A stretch of 64,000 bases of DNA from a virus. Taxonomy: Duplodnaviria > Caudoviricetes. The notes below the pieces were generated by a model, which was not told the DNA's origin, made no database searches, and saw only the letters and a program-made list of their open reading frames with translations. How positions within the stretch are numbered: position 1 is the stretch's first letter; the number at the start of each line of letters is the position of its first letter. Shown piece after piece: positions 1 to 9,100 of the stretch. The position numbers and the translations under genes were made by a program. The stretch is from the IMG/VR virus record IMGVR_UViG_3300025718_000006, positions 1,916 to 65,915 of that record. One strand, 5' to 3'.

Positions 1-2
1 AT

Positions 3-359
3 TCCGAAAAAATAAGTTTACCAACGGATTATTTTGAATTAGTTGAAATAAAACATTCTAGTTATGGAATTTTAGCTAAGACAGATTATTTAATCGAAGG
101 TGATTTGTTGATACCTAAAGTAGGCGAAATAACTACAGGCACATTTACCTTAACATATATATTTATACCTGTATTTGTAACTGCTGAAACAACTGCGCTA
201 GGATTAAAAGATATATATTGTACAAGTTTGGCGGCTTATGCTGCTTACCAGTACATGTTAAGCCAGAAACAATATCAAAGCGCAACTATGTTTCTTAATG
301 AATTTAATATGATACTAAATTCTAATACAACCAAAGGAGGAATTATCAATGAAGCTTAA
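3..359 (+). CDS. Head-tail adaptor/ring protein paralogue 1 (5'-truncated by window edge)
   Basis: The frame is open from base 3 (SEKISLPTDYFELVEIK...), upstream of the TTG at 105. It shares LPxD[FY]...L.Y...P...LAAY.AY.Y...A...LNEFN with the next two ORFs. Confidence 0.65.
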   Translation, partial: SEKISLPTDYFELVEIKHSSYGILAKTDYLIEGDLLIPKVGEITTGTFTLTYIFIPVFVTAETTALGLKDIYCTSLAAYAAYQYMLSQKQYQSATMFLNEFNMILNSNTTKGGIINEA

Positions 360-873
360 ACAAATTTACAAATTAGCACTTAATAGAATCAATGCAAAAG
401 AGGGCGATAAACAAATTGAATCAGTAGTAATGGCCGGAATAAATGCCGGTATTAAACTTATTGCTACTCAAAGTAAGAAATCTAAAACGGTGGATGTTAC
501 TGTAGTTCAAAATATTCCATCAATTATGCCAGTGGATTTTTTAACATTGTCAATGCTCTTAACAACAGATGGTATGAAACTTTCTGAAAATGATTTTTAC
601 TTAGAGGATGATTTTATTATGATTTCTGATAGCGATATAGTCGGGCCTTTAACTATGATCTATAATTATGTACCTATTGATATGGACCTAAAAGTGGATG
701 GAGACAAAGAGCCAGAAGCAAAGACTATTTACCATTCGGTACTTGCAGCTTATGGAGCATACCATTATCAAACATTGGTTAATAACTTCAATGCAGCAAA
801 CGCCCTTTTAAATGAGTTTAATTCAATAATTGGTATCAATAAACCAGCGGCTGCAACAAAGGCTGCTAAATAA
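349..873 (+). CDS. Head-tail adaptor/ring protein paralogue 2
   Basis: 174 aa, same motif set (MPVDF...IYNYVP...YHSVLAAYGAYHY...LNEFN); lies upstream of the nozzle gene as podoviral adaptors do. Confidence 0.65.
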   Translation: MKLKQIYKLALNRINAKEGDKQIESVVMAGINAGIKLIATQSKKSKTVDVTVVQNIPSIMPVDFLTLSMLLTTDGMKLSENDFYLEDDFIMISDSDIVGPLTMIYNYVPIDMDLKVDGDKEPEAKTIYHSVLAAYGAYHYQTLVNNFNAANALLNEFNSIIGINKPAAATKAAK

Positions 874-1418
874 TGAGGTTTAAAGATATTCAAGATATTA
901 TAAAGGGCAAACTCAAATTGAAGGGTAATGAAAATTCTGAAATGGCACTTATTAAAAGTGCTATTAACCAGGCTTATGTTATATTTGCAGAAAAAGATTG
1001 TATTATCAAAGAGACAGAATTTTTGTCTCCTTCTAATACTTTGGATTTACCTGTAGACTTTTTAGTATATCATTCACTTTATGTCACTGTAACTGACATA
1101 GATTTACTAGAGACTACAATTAAAATCCCCAGGCATTATTTAGAAGTTAAAGCTAACAAAATAATGATACGTGATGATCTATTACTAGATTGTAATGTTA
1201 TCAGCATAAAATTAGTATATGGAATAAAACCGGAAGAACTAAAAATTGATGCTGACGTTCCTGTTATCAAAACAGTATTCCATCAAGGGTTAGTTTACTA
1301 TGCTTTATTTCTAATAACGGACAATACAGTGTATTACGATTTATATATGAGTATTTATAATTCAATTCCAATAGATAATTATGTTTCTAGTTATTCTGAC
1401 GTAATTGATATTTTGTAA
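873..1418 (+). CDS. Head-tail adaptor/ring protein paralogue 3
   Basis: 181 aa, LPVDF...LVYGIKP...DVP...FHQGLVYYA; translationally coupled (TAATG). Confidence 0.65.
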   Translation: MRFKDIQDIIKGKLKLKGNENSEMALIKSAINQAYVIFAEKDCIIKETEFLSPSNTLDLPVDFLVYHSLYVTVTDIDLLETTIKIPRHYLEVKANKIMIRDDLLLDCNVISIKLVYGIKPEELKIDADVPVIKTVFHQGLVYYALFLITDNTVYYDLYMSIYNSIPIDNYVSSYSDVIDIL

Positions 1419-1430
1419 GGAAGTGGGAAT

Positions 1431-2960
1431 ATGGGAGAGCAAAAAATAATATTAGGGTTTGATGGTGGCATTAACGAATCTAAAGATCCACAATATTTAA
1501 AAGCAAACGAAGCTTGCGAATCTAAAAATTGTGATATTACTAAAGGTAACGTAAGTTTGTGTCAAGGATATTCGGCATTTAATCCGGCTTTTTTCGGAAC
1601 TTATGATGAAACTTTACGTATTGGCCTTATGTCGATATTTAGTTATTCAGATGCTACTTCAAACTCTTATAGTTCTAATGCAGATTATTCAAATGATATA
1701 GTCGGTGTCATAATAATTACTGATATGAAAGGTGAAAATTATATTTTAAATCAACAAGCCAATACATTTGTAAAGTTGTTAGATGATGATGTTGGAAATA
1801 ATAGTTCTGAAACAGATTCTATAAATTATCAATCTGGTGATGTGTTTATGACTATTATTACAAACAGATGGTCAGTGGTAAAAGTAATTGAACATCTTGA
1901 TATTACGCCAGGTGGCGTTGGTTCTAATAAAATCAGGAGACTAAAAAAAGATGGTAGCGGCTCTGTTATGTCTAGTGGTAATTCCGCACCACCGGCTCGT
2001 TATATTGAATTATTTAAAGAACGTTTGTGGTTGGCCGGTGGAAGTTTATTTAATACTGTATGGTTTTCTAAAGATTTTGATCCAGAAGACTTTACCATGC
2101 CAATAACCGAAGGCCAAGCCAATAGACATGGTGGTTTTGTAGAAATACCCACATGGGATAATGGCATTATTGTCGGTATTAAAGGTTTATTTGATGATAT
2201 TATCGTGTTTAAGACTAATAATGTTTACCGCATATACGGTAGTTCACCAATCAACTATACTGTGGCACAAATTGCAGACAATGTTCAAGGAGTAATAGTT
2301 AATAAGACGATCAGAAGTTTTAATACTGGTATATTTTTTGCAACAAATATGGGAATATTCCTCTTTGATGGTGTAAGTATAAAATATTTATCAGAAAAAA
2401 TTAAAGATGAATTTGAAGCTTTGCCAAGAGGTGAAGTTGATATGTCGGTAGCAGTTGCAATCATATTCAAACAAAAATATATTTTGGCAATCAAAGGGCC
2501 AGGATCAGTTTGGCGTAACAATGTCGTAATTGAATATGACATGATCCAAGATACTTTTATGATTAAACGAGGGTTCGAGGTTAATGATTTTTTAATTCAC
2601 AATAGTAAACTATTATTTATAAATAATGAAAATGTAGTGTTTGAATATGATGATTTAGTTTCAACATTTAATAATAAAGCAATTGATGCTACTTGGCATA
2701 CTGGTGATTTCACTTTTGGAGAATTAGATTTAAAAAAGAGCGTTCAATCATTGCATTTTGTAGCCAAAGGCACCGGATCTATTATTATAAGTGTTATTTC
2801 TGAAAAGAAAATTAAGACTAAAACAATAGCTTTAACTACTACATTTCAACCTTATAAAGTTAAACTTAAAAATAAAGGTAAGGTAATAAGCTTTAAATTC
2901 CAAAATGTTAGTGGTTCAGATTTCACAATTAAGCAAATAGAAGTTATATATTCAATTTAG
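1431..2960 (+). CDS. Tail nozzle/stabilisation protein (P22 gp10 / T7 gp12-like beta-propeller)
   Basis: 509 aa beta-rich; FDGGIN N-terminus, FKERLWLAG, VWFS...DPEDF and IVFKTNNVYRIYG motifs; follows the adaptors. Confidence 0.7.
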   Translation: MGEQKIILGFDGGINESKDPQYLKANEACESKNCDITKGNVSLCQGYSAFNPAFFGTYDETLRIGLMSIFSYSDATSNSYSSNADYSNDIVGVIIITDMKGENYILNQQANTFVKLLDDDVGNNSSETDSINYQSGDVFMTIITNRWSVVKVIEHLDITPGGVGSNKIRRLKKDGSGSVMSSGNSAPPARYIELFKERLWLAGGSLFNTVWFSKDFDPEDFTMPITEGQANRHGGFVEIPTWDNGIIVGIKGLFDDIIVFKTNNVYRIYGSSPINYTVAQIADNVQGVIVNKTIRSFNTGIFFATNMGIFLFDGVSIKYLSEKIKDEFEALPRGEVDMSVAVAIIFKQKYILAIKGPGSVWRNNVVIEYDMIQDTFMIKRGFEVNDFLIHNSKLLFINNENVVFEYDDLVSTFNNKAIDATWHTGDFTFGELDLKKSVQSLHFVAKGTGSIIISVISEKKIKTKTIALTTTFQPYKVKLKNKGKVISFKFQNVSGSDFTIKQIEVIYSI

Positions 2961-2970
2961 GGGTGATAAA

Positions 2971-3240
2971 ATGGCATTTGATAGATTTCTTAAAAATCAA
3001 ATAAGAGATACGTCACCACAGAGTTTAAAAATGTTAAACGATACTTTTGACTATCTATATCAACACTTAAATGAAACCTTAGACGTTAATAATGTAAGCA
3101 GTATAGATTTTATTAATCCGGATATATTTGACATAATTTATGAAAATACATTAACTGAAACGTACTATGTATCAAGGAATACAGAAGGATTTATTGATAA
3201 CCTTTCAGATGGTACTTTAGATATATCAATAACAAGATAA
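2971..3240 (+). CDS. Small tail protein sharing its N-terminal attachment segment with the downstream fibre
   Basis: FLKNQIRDTSPQSLKMLNDTFDYLYQHLN versus YVKNSIRDTTPNSLKLIEENIDYLYQNLN in the next ORF. Confidence 0.55.
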   Translation: MAFDRFLKNQIRDTSPQSLKMLNDTFDYLYQHLNETLDVNNVSSIDFINPDIFDIIYENTLTETYYVSRNTEGFIDNLSDGTLDISITR

Positions 3241-3253
3241 TGGAGGTATTTAG

Positions 3254-5053
3254 GTGAATAGATATGTTAAAAATTCAATAAGAGATACTACTCCTAATAG
3301 CTTAAAACTTATAGAAGAAAATATTGATTATTTGTATCAAAACTTAAATGGCATTAATCCAAAGAAAAAAATAATATCTATTAGCGTTGGTACAGAAGAT
3401 TATCCTACTGTTGGATATAGTGATGATACTTTTTTACATTTACAACTTATTAGGAACACCGAAAGGCTATTCATAGATAAAGCAGTGGATATTGATACAT
3501 TAGAAGAAGCTATTTTTAATCATTCTAGTAGGATTAAACCTGTACCAATTTTAGAACTTAAAGCTGATTTTTACGCTTCTGTTAGATCATTTGCTAGTGA
3601 TATTCCCACACACATGATTCAATTTAATATTGCTAGTGGCAATAACTCTGTATATGGAGATATTAATGGAACGTCATGCTTAAACTTTCACTTTGAAATG
3701 GTTAATGGAGAATACTATTTTAGGTATGAAATTACTCCTTTTACTTCCAGTACACCAGAATACCCAGATAATGAGTATACTTTTGGCGATATCGAAATAA
3801 ACGGATCTTCTTATAAAAAGTTTGTTCCGCTTAATGAAAAATTAATATATTTAACAGTTAATGTAGCCGGTAGGGCGTATCAAAACGATGTTGATGTTTC
3901 TTATTACACAGTAAATGTGGTCAATAATACAGATAGAATATTTTATTTTGGCACTGACGATTCTATAAGACCTAGATTTACTGGTGCAACTGCTCATGGT
4001 ATTGTCCACCAGGGTTTAGTTGGTGCGGGTGGAGTTCCAGCTAGAACAGAACTTATAAATTCTATACCTTTTATACCTTCCACACAAAGTAATTGTACTT
4101 GTTCGATGAATTGGTATTTACCGATAATAACTTATGATAATGTTGCATTATTCCAATATCCTTATAAGATTTCAATGAAAATAAAATGTCCGATGGTAGT
4201 TGATGGCTACACCTATGCAAAGGATGCAACAGAATTAATTATAGGCGATTCTGCGGTTACTGCTCCATATAAACTATTACAAAATTGTGTATATTATATT
4301 TATAGCAATAAAATATATAGAAAAAATATAGTATATAACACTAGTGTTACTTTGTACGCTTCGTTAGGTATAATATATGATTTTGCTATTTTAAACAACA
4401 ATGTATTTTCGTTAGAAAAAAGAAATAATGTATTTCAAATAGTCATATATGATATATCTCGCAGTTATGTAATAGCAACATTTTGCAACGGTGTTGTAAA
4501 TTTCTCACTTTACAACGGATATATTTACGCTATGAAAGATAACGGTTCTGGTGTAATAGGCTTATATAGATACACTCAAAGTGGTTCTGGTGAAATTTTG
4601 CTTACTACTATAGGACCAACTGCCACAACAGGTAAAGAAATAGAGATTGTAAATGGTGAGTTGTATTTTTGCAGATTTACAAGGTGGGAATATGATATAT
4701 ACCATCCTTTGCAAAGGTATGATACTCTTTATAAAATCAATTTAAGTACTTTAATTGAAACTAAAATTAACGATAACCCTTGGCTTACTATGAGCAGAGG
4801 AATTGTCATTAGAAATAATAATTATTATTTTGAGTATAGTAATATATATGGCATAAATGGCACTGAAAATTATGCTCATAAAATTGATTTAACTACTAAA
4901 AAACAGTTAACCGTTGATAACAGTTATACAAGTTGGAATGCTTATAATGTAATTCCGGTTTTCAACCGTATCTATCTTTTGGTTGAACAGGATAATTCTA
5001 AACGTCCTACTAAATTCTTTGGTCCACTTAAAAAAGCAGATTTAACATATTAA
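3254..5053 (+). CDS. Putative tail fibre/receptor-binding protein
   Basis: 599 aa, Tyr/Asn/beta-rich C-terminal half with propeller-like periodicity; located in the tail module; GGAGG RBS. Confidence 0.55.
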   Translation: MNRYVKNSIRDTTPNSLKLIEENIDYLYQNLNGINPKKKIISISVGTEDYPTVGYSDDTFLHLQLIRNTERLFIDKAVDIDTLEEAIFNHSSRIKPVPILELKADFYASVRSFASDIPTHMIQFNIASGNNSVYGDINGTSCLNFHFEMVNGEYYFRYEITPFTSSTPEYPDNEYTFGDIEINGSSYKKFVPLNEKLIYLTVNVAGRAYQNDVDVSYYTVNVVNNTDRIFYFGTDDSIRPRFTGATAHGIVHQGLVGAGGVPARTELINSIPFIPSTQSNCTCSMNWYLPIITYDNVALFQYPYKISMKIKCPMVVDGYTYAKDATELIIGDSAVTAPYKLLQNCVYYIYSNKIYRKNIVYNTSVTLYASLGIIYDFAILNNNVFSLEKRNNVFQIVIYDISRSYVIATFCNGVVNFSLYNGYIYAMKDNGSGVIGLYRYTQSGSGEILLTTIGPTATTGKEIEIVNGELYFCRFTRWEYDIYHPLQRYDTLYKINLSTLIETKINDNPWLTMSRGIVIRNNNYYFEYSNIYGINGTENYAHKIDLTTKKQLTVDNSYTSWNAYNVIPVFNRIYLLVEQDNSKRPTKFFGPLKKADLTY

Positions 5054-5060
5054 TAAGGGG

Positions 5061-5189
5061 ATGATTAAAATAGATACTAAAACGGTGGCACTTGCACTGA
5101 TAATTCAATGTGATGATAAAATCAAGAAATTAGAAAAAGCTCTTGCAGAATTAACCGCAAAAGTTGAAGCAATGAATACAACACCTTAA
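5061..5189 (+). CDS. Small coiled-coil protein (42 aa)
   Basis: MIKIDTKTVALALIIQCDDKIKKLEKALAELTAKVEAMNTTP, not in the ORF track; followed by a terminator. Confidence 0.5.
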   Translation: MIKIDTKTVALALIIQCDDKIKKLEKALAELTAKVEAMNTTP

Positions 5190-5215
5190 AAGACTTTTAT
5201 AGGTCTTTTTTATTT
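5188..5215 (+). terminator. Intrinsic terminator
   Basis: Stem AAAAGAC/GTCTTTT followed by a T-run. Confidence 0.6.
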
Positions 5216-5231
5216 CAAAGGAGGTTTTAAT

Positions 5232-6155
5232 ATGGCAACGTCTTACGCAGAAAAGCTTAAATCATTTAATTCAGTGGCTACAAATGAAATCAATCCTCAA
5301 TATAATAGCAAAGTCACTGCTCTTAAAAATTCATTGGCAGCCAATAAACTAGCATTAACTAATCAAAAAACTGGTGTAAATCAAAATTATGATACACAAG
5401 TTGCTAATCAAAATATAAGTAACGATACCTCTAAAGGTAATTTTAGCGATTCTACTACAGATAGAGGACTTGGACGTAGTTCGGTTGCGGTTACTGGACT
5501 TGCGGAAATGGACCAGGTTAATAATAGATATGTTGGTGCTATAAATAGTAATAGAACAGGCGCACTTGGGCAAATAGATAGTAATATAGCTTTGGAAGAT
5601 TCTAATTTTAATAATACCTTTGCAACTATGGAAGCTGATAAGCAAACAGAAATTAATAATTTGGCACATACTTACGCAGATAAACAAGTTGCTACAGAAT
5701 ATCAAGCCGGAAGAGACAAAGTTGCGGATAATCAGTGGACTAGTACAAATAATTATAATATTGGTAGAGATAAAGTTGCGGATACACGTTATAATAATGA
5801 ACAAGCAACAGATAATTCGAGATACGCTCAAACATTAAAAGATTCGCAAGCTGCAACCGCAACCGATAATTCAAGATATAAATCAGAGCAAGCAACAGAT
5901 AATTCGAGATACCAGGATACTTTAAATACTGCAAGTGCAAAAGCTAAAGTTGCTGAAATTGATTCAAAAATAACTACAGTTGTTGATGATAGCAAGATTT
6001 ATTTTGGTGATAGAATTGATGCTTTAACTACACAAATGAACGCATATAATTCAATGGGTACGACTGATTCTAAATACTTGGTAGGTCAATTTAAAAAGGC
6101 GATAACTGCTATTAAGGCACAAGAAGCAGCATATATCAAGAAAGAACAATATTAA
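5232..6155 (+). CDS. Internal virion/DNA ejection protein with repeats
   Basis: 307 aa, Asn/Ala/Thr-rich and helical; GRDKVAD x2 and ATDNSRY x3 repeats; directly precedes the giant protein. Confidence 0.6.
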   Translation: MATSYAEKLKSFNSVATNEINPQYNSKVTALKNSLAANKLALTNQKTGVNQNYDTQVANQNISNDTSKGNFSDSTTDRGLGRSSVAVTGLAEMDQVNNRYVGAINSNRTGALGQIDSNIALEDSNFNNTFATMEADKQTEINNLAHTYADKQVATEYQAGRDKVADNQWTSTNNYNIGRDKVADTRYNNEQATDNSRYAQTLKDSQAATATDNSRYKSEQATDNSRYQDTLNTASAKAKVAEIDSKITTVVDDSKIYFGDRIDALTTQMNAYNSMGTTDSKYLVGQFKKAITAIKAQEAAYIKKEQY

Positions 6156-6178
6156 AATAATCCGTTTTGGAGGTTATT

Positions 6179-9100
6179 ATGGCAACTAAAAGAAAAAGCG
6201 CAGATAGTATTATGAAAGAATGGAATACTAATTATGTATCAAGCAATGAAGAAACAGAACACGTATATACGCCAGCTGAAACTGTTTTAAAGGAATGGAA
6301 CTCTAAATATGTACCTGCTAAAGTTCGGAAAAATGAGCCAGTTAGTGCTTCTCTTCCTAAGACAAGTTCAACATCAAATTCAGCAACACCAAACGCAAGT
6401 AAAACTTCTAAATTTGCTCAATCTCTTTATAAAGGATTTTCTGCTTTTGGTGATACTGAGGAAGAAAAAGCTGCTAAACTTGCTAAAGAAAAGGCTGATA
6501 AAGAAAAATCCGATAAATCAACTAAAGAAGCTATTGCAAAAACTCTAGCTAATTCAAAAGTATCAACTAAAATTAATCCGAATACAGGTAAAGCAGAAAT
6601 TGCTTTGCCTTACCTTAAAACTGACAATACTAATATGGTTAATAGCTCTGACAAAACAAATAATGCTACAAAATTACCGATGCTCAATAAAGATTATTTG
6701 AATGAAATATTACAACCTAAAAATCAGGTTAAAATAGCTGACGATAAAATAAACCAGGATGAAAATAAAATTACACCAATTAAAAAAGTTACCGGAACAC
6801 CTGCGGAAAATGATCCAGCTATGGCCATGAGTTATAGAGGTAAAAAGTTCTCAACAAAAGATATTAAAACCATGAATACTGAAATAGATAAAGAAACAAA
6901 CCCTTTCAAAAGAACTGCTCTTAAATTAACACAAAATTTAGGGTATATACTTGATACACCTGACAGAAATACATTTATAAACAGAACTTTAGAAACTGGA
7001 AGAAGTACTGCTACAGGTGGAGCTTATAAAAGTGAAGCTAAAACAACTGGTAATGTAGTAACTGATTTTGTAGCTGATATGATAGGTTCCGTTGGAGGGT
7101 TTAATAGTCTTTCAAATGCTGGCCTTAAATTAGGGCAAGTAGAAAATGCAGCCACTGGAACAATAGCAAAAGTAACCGGAAAAACTGCTGGAAATTATGC
7201 TACAAATAAAATAGCAAATAAAGCTATTGAATATGGTATTAAAGGAGCATCAACAGGAACAGAATTCGCTGGACTTAATGCAACTGAAACCGCTTTGCAA
7301 GGTGGAACATTAAAAGAAACCACAGATAGTGCTACTAAAGGATTTTTAAGTGGTGCAATATGGGGAATGGGTGGTAAAGCTCTAGGAGAAACTTCTAAAT
7401 ATGTTAAAACTGAATTGCCAAAAGTTGTATTGAAGAAAAAAGGATATGTAGAAGTTGTTCCAGATACCGGCTATTGGGTAAAATATTCAGAAACACCAAC
7501 CAATAGTACCTCAGTAGGAAAAGTAAAACCTAGTATTGACAGTGTATTCATGGAACATTCTAATTTTGTTGATGCTAATGGAAATAAAGTTCCTAAATGG
7601 CAAATTAAATTAACAGAAGCGTTGGAAACTGCTAAGAATAAAGATGAAATTGCCAATATTATAGATGGGTACCAAAAAGGAATGAATCAAGTTCCAAAAT
7701 TAAACTCTAGTAATCCTGTTAATGCTACAACTCCTGAAACTAATTTAGGCGGTTTAAATGCTGTTACACCGGTTAGTAATCCCAAATTTGATATTTCTAA
7801 GATCGTTACAGTAAAAGGTATGGGAGATTTAACGGTAATAAGTAAACAAAAAGGTAAAATTAGTTTAAAGGATGAAAGCGGTAGTATTATTAATATGTCT
7901 GAAAATGATTTATCACAATTATCAGATGAAGGTAAATATGATATGCCTAAAAATGAAGATATTCCTCAGGATCAAATTAACTTTATGGAAAATGGCGATT
8001 TCGATATGGCTCAAGGCCTTGCAGATATTTCAAATGAATTAGAAAAAATTCCTCAATCAAGTGATATTATGGAATCAACTAAGCAAAAAGTTATTGCAAT
8101 CAATAGAAATAACGCTAACAGAGTGTTGAGCGCAGTAGAAGCACAGAATACTAAGGCCACAGAGACTATGCCACAAGCAGCTGATAATAAAGATATAATT
8201 AGTACACCTCAAACTAATATTCAACAGAACGGAAGTAATGAGGGTTTAAATACTATGGAGGATATTTATAATAGTAATAGAAATGTTCCTATAGAAAATC
8301 AACAACCAAGTAATGCTAGTGAGTTACAACAGAACATACCTCAGAACGTCACTAACCAAGAGTTAGATAATTCTAATGTAAATGTACCTTTAACTGAAAA
8401 CATTCAACAAAACGTTGATAACAGTGGATTAGATCATATTGCCGACGTCAGCAAAATGGTAGCTACTGATAGCAATGGAATTTCTGATAGCCAAGAAGTT
8501 AAAGCGGTAAATGTAAAGTCTATCGGTGTTGATCCTCAGAGATTTCAATTTAAAGCTGATACCAATAATTCTACAGGCACCGGAGAAAAACTTACAGGAA
8601 CAGAAAAATTTGATAAAAATAAAGCTGGTGTTGTTACAGTGTGGCAAGATAACCAGGGTAAAGCCTGGGTAGTTAATGGCCATCACAGAGTAGAGCTTGC
8701 TAATAGGACTAATACAGAGAATGTGAATGCAATAGTCTTAAAAGAGAGTGACGGAATTAGTGATAAACAAGCCAGGACAATTGGAGCATTGCAAAATATA
8801 GGTGAAGGAATGGGAACGCCTAAAGATGCTGCACAAGTATTCAAAGAAAATAATTATACATTGGAAGATTTAAAAGATACTGGATTATCTACTAAAGATA
8901 AATTTGTTGAACAAGGATATAATATATCAAAACTAAACGATAGGCTATACCAACATGTAACAAACGAGAATTTAAGCTATGATAAAGCTTCTATAATTGG
9001 TAAAGCATTTCCAAATGTATCAAAGGAAAACGATGCTAACCAAAATGCGGTTATGGATTATATACAAGAAAATAATCCGAATAAGAATGAACTTACAGAA

